Part shown: positions 27,231-41,029 of the stretch, one piece after another
How the letters are laid out: every line of letters starts with the position of its first letter
How positions within the stretch are numbered: position 1 is the first letter of the stretch
Assembly: GCA_951406725.2 (NCBI GenBank)
Contig: OX597815.1
Coordinates: forward strand, 147,188,001 to 147,252,000
Reading direction: 5' to 3'
Source: Octopus vulgaris
Lineage: Eukaryota
Length of the DNA: 64,000 nt
Position numbers and translations under genes: made by a program
Notes under the pieces: model-generated
Database searches by the model: none
The model's input: the letters and a program-made list of their open reading frames with translations, nothing else
What the model was told of the DNA's origin: nothing

Positions 27231-28510
27231 ATCCAGCTATCAACCTCTCTGTCTGTATATCTATCTGTCTGTCTCTCTGGCTACCTATATTTCTTTATGT
27301 ATGTAAATATATGTTTTCGTATGTATGTTGTTTTAATCCCTCTTCAGAAGCGTTATCTTTTTAATCTTCTTACCATAAGAGCTGTTTTTCTTTTCAAATT
27401 TTGTAAAGTAAGTTTTAATTTTTTCCTCGGTATTTTGTATAAGTTTTTGATACATTACCTCGTTTAATGTTTAGTTTCTATGTAGCCGTTGAGAACACTT
27501 TCAGTTACGCTCTATGTTTTGGTAAAAACATGGAGATTCAGTTATTGATGCTGAGTAATGAGTTTTCTATGCAGGTGAATACAGTTTTTGGAACGTCGTA
27601 TCATACCATAAACGGAATATTTCGAAATCTCGGCATGCTGGTAATATATTGGTAGACGGAATTTTTATATGTATGCTTAGATGAATGTCTGCATGCATGT
27701 ATCTATGGTTTTATTTCAAGATGTCTTACCAATAGAGAAAGAGTCACTTTCCATCCTAGATCCAAAATTCCGTCATTTCAATTTCAACATAAAAAGCAGG
27801 GTATTTTTATTTGTATATATGTATGTATAATTGTCGATTTGTATGTTTTGCTTTATGAATGTACTCTCATGCATTTAGTTGTATTGAGGTATGTACGTAC
27901 GTACATAGATACTTATGTATATATTTATGTGTGTGTATGTCTATATTCGTGTATGTGTGTATGTATTCACGTATATGTGCGTGTCTATGTATGAATGTGT
28001 GCTTGTATGTACTGTGTTCTCTTCTGTTTTTACCTATTTAAATTCTTCCTCAAAAGAAGGAACTGGTTTCTAACAAAGATACAAGCTCCATCTACATTCC
28101 AAAAATATAGATAACGAAAACAATGTCACATTTCAAACCCGAGAAAAGTCTTGCATATTGTTACCATCAAATTGTATTTGTAAAGCACGAGTCAGTTGGT
28201 TGATGTTTCTTTCGGAAAATCCAAGCTTATCCTGACAGGTATTTACTTTCAAAACGAAACGCACCGATTATTATTGGTATAAATGTGAATTGATAATTTG
28301 GATATAGAAACTGGAGATCTCGAGCAGTTCTTCATAATTATCTTCCTTCTGTTAGATATTCATATGAACAGGTTAAATGACTTCTATGACTTCACAGATT
28401 TACTTGTCAGTCAGAAACAATACATGTTCTGATGCGAATGTTTTTCCCGTATCCTTTGTGTTGATAGTAGTTTATATATACAACATGTATGTATGCAGCA
28501 ATGGAGTAAG

Positions 28511-28560
28511 TATTACTGATGAGCATTAAATTCATACGAAATTAGTGCGCTAATCTGATA
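28511..28560 (+). ncRNA. Type I hammerhead ribozyme with full stem III and canonical core
   Basis: TATTA-CTGATGA-GCATTAA-A-TTCATAC-GAA-ATTAG-TGCG-CTAAT-C-TGATA: stem I 5 bp (one G-U), stem III 5 bp, AUC cleavage triplet; stem II has two mismatches. Confidence 0.7.
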
Positions 28561-29176
28561 TCTTTGCTTGCTGTGGGGAATTTTATTTTCCTTGTCAGTA
28601 CACAGAACATGTGCTTTTTGTCACTAAAGCGTATTTTGACTCTTATTTCTAGCAATGCTGGTGTTCCCAGCACACTTACCCACTTTAGTGCCCATCAATT
28701 ATTTCCTATTTGATTTTAAATTGCGTCTAGCCACCCTAATGATCATATATCTATATCTATATCTATATTTATATATATAATATAAGTTAGAGATAAAACC
28801 ACTATTATACAACTCAGACAGTGATAGACATAAAACGAAACATAAATAACAAATAAAAAAAATTTATAAAACATATAACTAGATCTCAAAATGTATAAAA
28901 ATGAATGATCAATATATAATAAGTATTAAGAACGAATTTAGTCGGACATGTTTAAAGATATAGGAAAAAAAAAATTAATATCTTGGATTAATCTGTGCTG
29001 GCGAGGCTTAATAAATCTGAAATAAGATCATCCACGGATATTCTGGTAATAGTAAAGAATCTTATGATAGAAAATGGATGCTGTTCTCGCTTTTCTTCGA
29101 CCGAGAGAAAACAAGGACTTTCGAACTTAAAACTAGGGAAAAAGTGTTTCTTTCCTCCTGAAGTACATAGATATTT

Positions 29177-29290
29177 TCTTCTTCTTCTTCTTCTTCTTCT
29201 TCTTCTTCTTCTTCTTCTTCTTCTTCTTCTTCTTCTTCTTCTTCTTCTTCTTCTTCTTCTTCTTCTTCTTCTTCTTCTTCTTCTTCTACT
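29177..29290. repeat. (CTT)n microsatellite
   Basis: Direct reading. Confidence 0.95.
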
Positions 29291-29367
29291 TCTTCTCTAC
29301 CTTTATTATTACTTTCACTTTCTGACTTTCTCTCCCTCTCTCTCTCTTTAATAATAGGAAGTTAGAA

Positions 29368-29402
<35 letters not shown>

Positions 29403-29429
29403 TATACATATAAAATAAATGAGCCATTT

Positions 29430-29536
29430 TAAAGCCTAGCCAGGCTCATGGGCCCGATTTCCCGGTTTCCATGGCGTATGTGTTCCCCAGCTGGATGGGA
29501 CGCCAGTCCATCGCAACGTTACTCATTTTTGCCAGG
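29430..29536 (-). mobile_element. SINE 3' fragment (V-domain-like)
   Basis: Minus strand GCGATGGACTGGCGTCCCATCCAG resembles the conserved V-type SINE domain (from memory). Confidence 0.5.
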
Positions 29537-30340
29537 CGATGGGAGGAAGGACTGCCCCCGGGCCGTGATAAGGCTCCGGAGCAGGAAAAAGGGAAGGTGC
29601 CCTCCGCTCTCCCATTGCAGGGAGAAACGGAGGAAGTCGTTGAGTTGTCGAACTCAACGAGAAGGAAGAGAAACGTGCGCAAAGGTGGTTACTCACCAGG
29701 ATCCGTGCTGGTTGCGGGAGAGAAGGAGGACCCTTCGGGTGTGCCAACGGAGGCCTCGACTCCTCCAACCGAAAGAAGAAGAAAAAACAAAAGGAAGAGA
29801 AACGGGAGTCGGTCGGTGGATGTCGCTGAAACCGCCGACCGAACCCGATGTTCCTCCGGTGGGAACTACGCCACCGGAGCCAGAAGCTTTGTCTGTGGGA
29901 ATTGTGCCACTGACAGAGGAGGCAGTGACCTCTCTCTGTGAGGAAGAGGTTGTTATTTTCTATCTCAAGAGATGGCCTGTTGAGTTATACTTGGACAGTC
30001 TTCTAGACCGAAAGCGATATAACTCGACGTGTCCAAGATGGCCTCCGCAGGTGGCTGCGAAGGTCATAAATCAGAAAGAACTGATTGAGCTCAGGAAGAC
30101 CTGTAACAAAGAAGATTTTGTTTTCCTCGGTCCGGGCCTGCCGTTGCAGGCGGCAGAAAACTTACTTGGGGGTCCGGATGAGGAAGACGGAGAAAAATGA
30201 AAAATATACTTTTGTAATTTGTAATTGTAATTTTTGATTTTTTTTTTATTATAATATTGATTTATATTGATTTAAATTTAAACAGTGGTATCGAGCGGTT
30301 ATTGGTCGGCGGCCACCACCGGTGCCCCTCCCATTTTTTC
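29537..30340 (+). mobile_element. GC-rich fragment with coding-like sequence, probably the end of a retroelement ORF1/gag
   Basis: Sharp GC rise; overlapping ORFs 29471-29941 and 29448-30200 ending VVIFYLKRWPVELY...EEDGEK*; no diagnostic domain recognised. Confidence 0.4.
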
Positions 30341-30435
30341 CATCTTTGTCGTTTTCATACACATTAATGTCTCTGTCCAGCCCGCAGTTACCTTTATCTG
30401 TGTTCGACCTTCAAGGCCAATTCGATGAAATAAAG

Positions 30436-30588
30436 TAGCTTGCTTACCAACCACATGGTTCCGGGTTTAGTCCCACTGCGTGGCACCTTGGGCAAGTGTC
30501 ATCTACTATAGCCTCGAGACGACAAATGCGAGTGAATTTGGTACACGGAAACTGAAATATGACCGTCGTCTATGTATATATATGTATA

Positions 30589-30648
<60 letters not shown>

Positions 30649-30878
30649 TGTATGTGTGTGTGTATGTGTGCCCATGTTTTTGTGTGTGTGTGTGTCTCAA
30701 CATCGCTGAAATCGATGCTGGTGTTTTTACGTACTCGTAACCTAGAGGTTGGGCAAAATAGACCGATTGAATAAGTACTTACAAAGAACACGTCCTGTGG
30801 TCGATTTCCTCTGTTAAAGGCAGTGCTCCAGCATGGCCACAGTCAAAGTAATGAAACAAGTAAAAAAGAGTAAAAGAG
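30436..30878 (+). mobile_element. SINE family B, near full length
   Basis: GGTTCCGGGTTTAGTCCC (B-box-like), CCTTGGGCAAGTG (CORE-like), central TA/TG microsatellite, tail GCTCCAGCATGGCCACAGTC. Confidence 0.85.
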
Positions 30879-30909
30879 ACTATCTATACACAAAGATACA
30901 CAAATATTC

Positions 30910-31002
<93 letters not shown>

Positions 31003-32819
31003 ATATATATATACATATATATGTATATATATATATATACATATATATGTATATATATACATATATATACATATATATGTATATATATACATATACTAAC
31101 ACACATACAAATATACATGCATATATTCTCTCCCTCTCTCTCTCTCTATATATATATATATACTGACACACTCCCTCTCACAGACACACACGCATATATG
31201 TATGCATACACACTGATACATATATATTCTCTTATTCATGTATATGTATGAGTTTATATCTAAATTAAACTATTGCTGTCCATAAGTTTAATCTTAGGCG
31301 GAAACCAAGTTAAGACTATTGTAGCAACATGCAATACCCTGTAAATATCCAATATTTAAATGATATCGAACGAGATAAGGATTAAAAAAATCTACCCATA
31401 TGCATCTGTAGTGCTTCGCAATGTAGTTCAGGCAACCACTTGAAAAGAACTTTCGATGACAAGGCTCCGATCTTCCACAGATAAAATCACTTGTCAAACA
31501 GTCGGGAACCCTGTATTTTGAACTTGACATTTTTGCTGACAGAATATGGCTTCACCCATGAAAATATTTAGAGATTAAATTAATGTATAATAGTATCTAT
31601 CCATATCACACACTAAAGAAATCAAAAAATAAAAACAAGCATACACCTTTTGACGAGCAAATTGAACATATTTATAATAATGATATTCCTTTCTACTACA
31701 GACACCAAAAGTCCCAAAATTCTTGACGAGGAGGCGATTCTATTGCATCGAATCCAGTGCTTGACTTCAACGAATCCAAAAGGATACAATACAATGTCTA
31801 CGTATGTGTTAATGTGAAATCAGAAGGTAAAGACGGACGAAATATCGCTAAGCATTTTGCTCAACGTGCTGATGAGCCTGCCAGGTCGCCGCATTATCCA
31901 TGTTAATTATATTGAGCAATAGATGACCGCTTTAGATTATTGCCACACAGGGGTGGGTATGAAAGTAACGCATTCCTTGCATTCAACAAATGCAAGCAGA
32001 AAAAGAGTGGTATCATTTGACTGACTACTATGAAGTTGTCATTTACAGATATATTGCTTATGCAACATTTGTAGTTACATATGAAGGAAGAAAGCCTATA
32101 TGTAAAGGAACAAACACAATAATAATAGAAATATAAGTACCACCAGTAAAGATAGAACTGGATGACTTCAGATAACGTGTGACTCAACGGATAAAACGAA
32201 ATTAGTATCAATAAAACTATTATATCCTCCGGATATAATAGATGAAATGTTATCATCGACGTCTGTAGATGCAATAATTCAGAACTTAGAACAGTAAATT
32301 CATTTTAAGAATGTATGATTTTAGATTTAGAATGGATATGGGAATGTAATAAATAGATCTACACTCTAAGAAGAATAAGTGATGAAATTCCTACAAACGA
32401 CATGTATATACATATATATGTGCGTCTGTGTGTATGTATACGTGTTTATGTACGTATAAAGACACTCAAACACACAAACACACACACACATACACAAACA
32501 CTTATATATCATGCCTATACTTAAAATTTAATTCGGATATTTCTGTGAAATTTGCATATATATTACAGATGTTCGTCGAAAGTATGATTTAATGATAATG
32601 AAGAGCTTTGGATTATCAAAACAGGTTGCCTACTAATACAACATGACGTCCAAGAAAATTACCACCAAGCGTAAGAGCATTACAGGAGAGAAAGAATAAT
32701 TCTCTGAGTAATTACGCGAAATGAACCCATCAACAGCTTTCGTGGAAAACAGTATGTACGGCATATATTCAGAAAAATAAATTGCTTTGAAATCTTTCTT
32801 TATATTTGCACATCCTTCC

Positions 32820-33074
32820 TTCTACATTGATCAAACAGGAAGCCGCTTGACTGATCCGTTCGTGTAGCACCTCCAAGACATCAGTCTCGGCAATGACACC
32901 CCTGTCCCGTGCCATTTTCGCACTACCAGTCATTCGTTACAACATCCATCTGAGTTATTACAGTCTCTGCTCAGGGGCCACCCATACTCTTAACTTCGCC
33001 GTGATCAGGAATTAAACTTCTGACTTACTTCCTGTGCCCCACATGGGCTAGACTCTCCTCCTCACTTCATCTGA
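32820..33074 (+). mobile_element. PLE GIY-YIG C-terminal remnant
   Basis: FYIDQTGSRLTDPFV*HLQDI...DTPVPCHF..HS...RRDQELNF*LTSCAPHGLD..HFI*. Confidence 0.8.
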
Positions 33075-33383
33075 CACCAACCTCACCTCCTCTCTTCATT
33101 TGACACCAATCTCACACAGATACCCATTCACCTCCCATATCCTCCACCTACACACATGCAGAACTCCCACCTTGGTACCCACATCCACATGCACCACTAA
33201 ACACACACCCATACACACTGTTCAACTCATCACTCCTTTTACACCCACCCACCACACATCGTCATCCACACTCCCAAACCCACAGAAGCACATAATACAT
33301 GAACACAGACGATATATACATACATTCGTGCATACGCAAAACTCATACACACACAACACACATAAACAAAGGTAACATATATA

Positions 33384-33424
<41 letters not shown>

Positions 33425-33457
33425 AGAAGGGCGCAAAGAAACACACGAGTTGATATA

Positions 33458-33836
33458 CTACTTGTTTCAGTCATTTGACTGCGGCCATGCTGGAGCAAAT
33501 CGACCCCGGGACTTATTCTTTGTAAGCCCAGTACTTATTCTATCGGTCTCTTTTGCCGAACCGCTAAGTGACGGAGATGTAAACACACCAGCATCGGTTG
33601 TCAAGCAATGCTAGAGGGACAAACACAGACACACAAACATACACACACATATATATATATATATACATATATACGACAGGCTTTTTTCAATTTCCGTCTA
33701 CCAAATCCACTCCCAAGGCATTGGTCGGCCCGTGGCTATAGTAGAAGACACTTGCCCAAGGCGCCACGCAGTGGGACCTGACCCGGAACCATGTGGTTGG
33801 TAAGCAAGCTACTTGCCACACAGCTACTACTGCGCC
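33458..33836 (-). mobile_element. SINE family B, full length
   Basis: Reverse complement of the 30436-30878 pattern, including the tRNA-like head. Confidence 0.85.
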
Positions 33837-34411
33837 TATGTATAAAATACTTTTATCATGAAGTACATTTTAGTAACTGTTTCAGTCTATGCGACTTTTT
33901 CAACTAAGAGTAAAGCATGAAAAACAATAAAATTGTGGAAAATTGAAATGAAATTTTTTTAAACATTTCCGTAGTTTTGAAATGCAACGAACATTTTCTT
34001 TTTTTCTGTCTGTTTGTCTCTCCCTTTTACTCTTGTGAAGGCTTCGTAGCTGATAGTAGGTAGTAGCTGTCCTAAAACAATATTGGATATAAAGCATAAA
34101 AAAACAGTTTTTTGAATACGAAAATCACCGTAAAATACCACTTTATTAATCCCGAAAAAACATCTTTGACTCTTACGCAGAGTTTCAGATGATTCTTCAT
34201 AAAACAGGAGTGAAAATACAAGTTAAGAAGTTGTCTGATGAACGATGGTGTGAAACGCTGAGTTACAGTTAAGTCATTTTCGGCTTGTATAGCAATATTT
34301 GAGGTGTTCAAAAATTTTCTTTGCAGTAAGTATCCTATTGCAAAATATATATTTATAACATGGTATAAGACTACAAAAGAAAATATTAGACTTTGCAAGA
34401 CTGTAAAAATT

Positions 34412-34850
34412 TTATAAGAGGTGTTGAAAGTGTCGTCCTTCATTTTCAATACATAAGTTGACTCTTCTACACGTTTTGAAATACAGCTTGGAGAGTCTGA
34501 CGCGTTATGGGACGTGTGAAGGTTATGATTGCGTCTTTTATCTCATTAATGGTTTTCGGTCAATTCTTGTACACTGATCCTTTACTTGCCCCCCAGAAAA
34601 AAAAAAGTTTGGCGGTGTAAAATCAAGTAATAATGGTCGCCAAATTCCCCTAGAAATAATCCGTTCACCGAAAAACTCTTGAAGTGGCGCCATGGTGATG
34701 CGCGAAGTATGTGCTGTAGCTCCATCTCGTTGAAAGTATGCATTATTAATTTCGCTTTCAGTGAGTTGGGCTAGAAATGGTTATTGTATGACCTTTCATA
34801 CCATCCGTATTATACCCTCCCATTTCTTTAGACGAAAGTATATCTGATAC
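34412..34850 (-). mobile_element. Tc1/mariner-superfamily transposase remnant
   Basis: YFQRDGATAHTSRITMAPLQEFFGERIISRGIW...DFTPPNFFFLG...RVNLCIENEGRHFQHLL*. Confidence 0.8.
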
Positions 34851-36562
34851 ATATTTTCATACATTCAGAAACGTCATAGAGAACAGTAACAACCATATTT
34901 GCACAAAATTTGCATATTGGGTGATAAGCAATTTAAAAATTAAATGATAGCTATTTTGCCTTGCATTGTCTAGACTCCAACTTGTTGTTTCCTTGAATTG
35001 TAATGTCTTAGTATTTTTAACTACGTAAATATATATGTGATGTTGCAGACATGACATAGCAAATAAATGTGTCGGCATTTCCTTTCATTGCGAGCAAGAT
35101 ATAAAATTTTAAGGTCTGCTTATCTGTTTGCATGCGAAAATTTCAGAAATATAAAATAAATTTGTATATCGCTGATCGCTAAAGAACAAATACATCTAAA
35201 TCTTCCGTGTGCATTCATCTACAATAATGAAAGAATATATGCTATTAAGGTACTAACAGAGATACCCGGCGTTGCCCGGTTACATTCAATTGAAGAATTA
35301 GACTATTCTGTTATATTTTCTGTAATGAACTGGAATATCTATGTTTAAAATTTCATCAAAATTGCAGATGAGGGTTATTTCATTCTTTACACACCCTAAA
35401 AAAATTGTAATCGTACTACATGTATCCTATACTACTGATTTTTATGCGCATATTCCAAAATTCCAGTCTTAATGAACCTGTTAAAAAGAATTTGCTCCTG
35501 AAAAATGAAGGTCATGGAGCTCTAAATTGTGAGACTTAAGGCCCCCGTTGGGTGTGGACATACCAATGTCAACCAGAGAAGTTGAATTGTTGAGAATTTT
35601 TTAAACTTGAGTCTTGTATCTATTGTCTGAATTTCTTTGAAATAGGAAATATATGTTCACTGGGTTTGTAAAAGAGAGCAAAGCTACAGGAAACCAAAAG
35701 ACGAATGATCACAATAAGCAGTCAGTTACCCTAGTCGTTATCACTCACAATGTAGGATTCCTCACCATCCAGGTGTCAGGCACAGCCGTAAGATGCATTA
35801 CGAATCTATAGCAATTGGAAGAGCGTGACCCAACTGAAATCAACATTAACAACTGTGTGACCTGAGGGCTAAGGAGAAATTAAAGTGTCACCTCTGGAGT
35901 TTGCAAATGACCACTATACTGATACGTAACTGGACAGAATAAATTTAAAATCTATAAATGTCTTTGAATAACCAGTCTCTCATCTGGGAAGGGCTTGAAA
36001 TCAACGTTACCATCGGGGACTCTGTGTGACCGCGTGATAATAAAAAGACTGAAAGGAGGTTTGCAATCAAATAACTTTACTCAACACTTTGCAACTGAAT
36101 CAGTGGAGGCAACGATGCTTCTCATTTACTTGACAATTTATGCACCACATTGCAGAAATCACAATATAAGTGTGTGTCAACGCAAACTGTTACACTGTTG
36201 TACCATTGAATTAGAAATAATGCGCAACTTTTATGCTCGGTTAACCCTACAGCTTCCAAGAGCACAAGTGTATTCGTTTTTGGTTAGATAAAATGACAAA
36301 ATTGTGGGTGTTAAGTCCCAATGGAGGGGTCTTTCTAACTTTGTAAGAAGGTGAAATTTTATAAATATTACTTTATTTGTGTCTAATATCTATGGTTAAA
36401 ATTTCCTCAACAGCAAAAATATATGGATTGTCATGGGGGTTATGGCCCTTATGCATAGAATATAATTTCCAAATTTCATAAAGATCAGCACGTTTGACCT
36501 AGTTTTGGATCATAAAAGAAATGCCTAAAATTAGGGGGTTAAGGCTCCAATTAGGGTGTTTT

Positions 36563-36738
<176 letters not shown>

Positions 36739-37027
36739 AGATACACACACACACATACAAAGATAAATTGGTAGATACAACTGAGTGGGCAAACAAAAAT
36801 ATGAGACACAGCCTAGTGCTTATTTATGTTGATAAACCTAGTACTTATTCTATTAGTTTGTTCTTGTGAAACCAGTAAGCTATGTGGATGTAAATAAATG
36901 AACAGCAGATGTGAAGCAGTGATGAGGACGAAACATAGAGACAAAGACACACACATGCACTTACATATATACATGCATATATATATGATTGATTTGTTTT
37001 AGTTCCTGTCTACGAAATCTATATATA

Positions 37028-39735
37028 TTGTTGTTGGCATCCTTTTTGTCTCGGGAGACAATGGAGTTGCGCATAAAATAATTTAGTCCGGTTTTTACAT
37101 TTCATGTCCTAATATATCTCCTGCTGTGGCTGTGTAGTCCTATCCTGGATAAACACTCCCTCTGGCAGGTGCCGCAAATGTAGCGAAGACTTTGCTTGGC
37201 TGGTTGTAATGTCATAGTTTCTTGTTGACGTATTTTCTTGTATTTCCATTTCTCCCGTCTCTCTATGTCACTCCTTTGTGTTCCCTCCTTTACGGTACGT
37301 CGCCAATCTCCACGGTTGCTGGCAACTGCTTCCCAGTTGGTAATAATGATGTTGCAGGTATTCATGTCCCTTTTGCAAACATCATTGTATCGTAAGAACG
37401 GTCTTCCCACAGACCTAGTGCCCCTAGTGCTCCGTTGAGTATATCATTGGGGATTCTGCCATCTTCCATACGGCTAGTATGTTCAAGCCATCTCATACGT
37501 CTTTGTGTGAGGAGTGCAAACATGCCTGGTATTCCTGCTTGCGTGAGGACATCTTTGTTCGGCACATGATTCTGCCATTTGATGCGAAGGATTTTCCGGA
37601 GGCAATGCAGGTGAAAGATATTTAGGCGACGTATGGCGTCGTATGGCGTGTGTATGGCGTCCAAGTCTCACTTCCATACAGTAGAGTGCTAAGTACACAT
37701 GCCTCGTAAATCTTCATTTTTGTGGTCTTGGTCAGCTTATTGTTGTCCCATGCCCGTTTGGAGAGTTGGGCCATCACAGCAGCTGTCTTGCCAATGCTTA
37801 TATTGAGCTCAGCATCAAGGGATAGGTTGTAGGTGACGGTAGAGCCAAGATAGGTAAACTTGTCCACTCCTGTAGTCTGTAGTTTCCAATATGTATGTTT
37901 GGGATGTCCAATGTAGCCTGACCCATGATGTTGGTCTTCTTGAGGCTGATAACTAAGCCAAAATTGCCACTTGCTTGCTCAAAACAGTTGATGAGCCTTT
38001 GTAGGGCATCTTCTGTGTGTGATACCAGAGCGGCATCATCAGCAAATAGCACTCCTTGATCAGGATGCTTCCGATTTTGGTCTTGGCACGCAGACGCGAG
38101 AGATTGAACAGTTTCCCATCACTTCTACTGTGCAGAAACACTCCATTATCTGATGTCTCAAAGGCATGTGACAGCAGCAGCGAGAAGATGCCAAATAATA
38201 TAGGAGCAAGGACACAACCTTGCTTTACCTCGTTTCTTATTTGGAAGCCGGCTGATGTTGAACCATTGTGCTGTATAGTGTCTTGCATATCGTCATGGAA
38301 AGATTTGATGATCTTCAGCAGCTTTGGTAGATATCCGAGTTTTGGGAGCAGGATGAATAGGCCTTTTCTACTTACCAAGTCAAAGGCCTTTGTCTGACCA
38401 ATGAACGCTATATATAATGGCATTTTCTGCTCTCTGGACTTCTCCTGAAGTTGGCGTATGGAAAATATCATGTCAATTGTTAATCTGCTTTTTCTATAGC
38501 CACACTGCGATTCTTGATAAAGTAGAGAAGCAAGCAGTTGTAGCCTGGACAGGATAATGTGAACAAAGATCTTCCCAACAGTGCTTAGAAGAGATATTCC
38601 ACGGTAATTATTACAATCACTACGGTCACCTTTGTTTTTGTAAAGCGTAATGATGTTAGCATCCCGCATATCCCGAGGGACTGTACCCTCTTACCTGCAC
38701 TGACACAGAATCTCATGAAGGTGCCGAAGCAGGATGGTGTTTTTGCCTGTTTTGATGATCTCTAAGGGGATGTCGTCTTTTCCCGGAGTCTTGTTACTTG
38801 CTAGGGAGTCAATACCCTTGGTGAGCTCTGCTACAGATGGCAGACTGTCAAGTTCACACATGACTGGCAAAATCTTGTCACCCTCGATTGCAGCCTCAGC
38901 TACCGTGGTCCACCGTGAGTACTGATCCTGTACTCCATCCATCTATCAATTTGCTTGCTTTGGTCCTTGATTAGATCCCCAGTAGTTCATTTCAGAGGAT
39001 CTGACTTGGTTGCGGATGGACCGAGGGCATTCTTCAAACCGGCATACATCCCACGGGTGTCGCCACTGTCAGCAGCTGACTGGAAACTCTGACAGATTTC
39101 CTGCCAATTCCTATTTGCACAGCTTCTGACAGTCAGTTGGGTTTTATTTGTTATCTTTTTGAGTTCTTCGAGTGACTTTGTAGAAGAATCCCTCTTGTAT
39201 TGCATCAGAGCTGCACGCTTTGTTTCGATAACAGTTTCCAGCTATGAGAGCCCAGCACTGAACAAAAACTGGGTTTTGTCTTCTTCTCATGCAGACAGTA
39301 TCTATTGATGTGGTATACAAAGCTTCCCTGATATAATTCCACCTACTTTCAACAGAGGAGGTTGGGCAACTTTGATAGAAACAGCAAAACGTTGTCGCAG
39401 TGTAGGGTCCGAGGTTCTGCCAGTATTAATACGTGGTCGGCCCATTTTCTTGGAGTGATGGACTTTTTTAGGCAGAATCCACACCCTGCTTCTTATTAGT
39501 GAATGATCTGTGTCACAATCCGCGCTGTGGTAACTACGGGCCAGTTGAACAGAATTCAGAAAGTATCTTTGTGTAATGATGAGATCCAGCTGATGCCAGA
39601 GGTGAGATCCTGGATGTCTCCAAGATGCCTTGTGGGATGTCTTGTTGGCAAAGAGTGTGTTGGTGAAGCACAGGTTATGGTATGTGCAAAATTCAAGTAG
39701 TCTATGACCATTGTTATTCATGTTGCCAATACCAA
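37028..39735 (-). mobile_element. RTE-clade LINE, 5'-truncated and frameshifted
   Basis: APE end ([25 protein letters not shown]), RT (LYKNKGDRSDCNNYRGISLL, KAFD, VKQGCVLAP, LFADD, FTYLGS), C-terminal CGTCQRECLSRIGLHSH, (CAA) tail. Confidence 0.93.
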
Positions 39736-39795
39736 AACACATACACTTACATATATACATATATACATATTTGTTTCAGTTCCTGTCCACGAAAT

Positions 39796-39858
<63 letters not shown>

Positions 39859-39949
39859 TATATACACACACACAAAGATAAATTGATAGATACAACTGAG
39901 TGGGCAAACAAAAGTATGAGACACTGCGTAGTGCTTTTTATATTTTGAT

Positions 39950-40260
39950 AAGCCTGTTACTTATTCTACCAGTTTCTTCTTGTGAAACCAGTAAGTTATG
40001 GGGATGTAAATAAACGAACACCAGTTGTGAAGCAGTTATGAGGGAGAAACACAAAGACCCACACATAGACTTACATATATTCATGCATATACATACAATT
40101 GATTTCTTTCAGTTTCTGTCTACAAAATCCATTGACAAGGCTTTGGTTGGTCTGAGGCTATAGCAGAAGACACATGCCAAGTTACCACACAGTGGGACTA
40201 AACTGAGAACCATGTGTTTTGGAACCAAGTTTGTTACCACACAGCCACACCTGCACCTAT
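39950..40260 (-). mobile_element. SINE family B copy
   Basis: TTTCAGTTTCTGTCTACAAAATCCA...GAAGACACATGCCAAG...GTGGGACT...AACCATGTG. Confidence 0.75.
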
Positions 40261-40433
40261 GTATTTGTGTGGTGGTGTATCGGTGTGTTTGTATGTGTGT
40301 ATGGGTATACATATGTGTATATATATATGTGTACATATTACATGTACATCTATATATACATCTAGACATACATGTTTACATATACATGTATATATACATC
40401 TATACATATACAGGTATACTTATACATGTATAT

Positions 40434-40476
<43 letters not shown>

Positions 40477-41029
40477 AGAGAGATGCCTTTGTTTCACTTT
40501 TAACACGTAATACTGAAATAGTGGAGAAGAATTGATATTGCTGTGGACTAGCCCTAGGTAAGAAGTTAAACATTTTTTGCCCTTGACACTACGTGGACCC
40601 TAATTGAGGCATGTGTAAAATTTGAATGAAATTGGTTGTGTAGTTATAAGGATTCATAGTGGAAAAGATATGATATTGTTATGGCCTCGCCCAAAGCAAG
40701 AAGTTAAAAATTATTTTGCCCATAACACTCCTTGGACCCTAAGTAATGCATATGTAAAATTTGAATGAAATTGGTTGTGCAGTCCTCAAGTTTTAGGGAT
40801 TCACCCAGACAGACATTCTCAGTTTTATATATATATAGATTATATGATTTACATTTGAATTCATATGCGGGTAAAGATTCGCTGGTTACATGTCTTGTCG
40901 TTATCTTTGGATTAAGCCAAAAGGAAATATCTGAAATTAATGATTTACGCATATATATGTGAATATTTATGTACATACACGTGCATGTCTTTATATACGT
41001 ATGTCACTATCTATATGTATATATAATAT

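Noticed and set aside
28990-29175. Possible PLE C-terminal remnant on the minus strand
   Set aside because: Similarity too weak to support by eye.
34230-34270. CTGATGA-ACGATGGTGT-GAAACG
   Set aside because: Stem II is only 2-3 bp and there is no stem I; likely chance.
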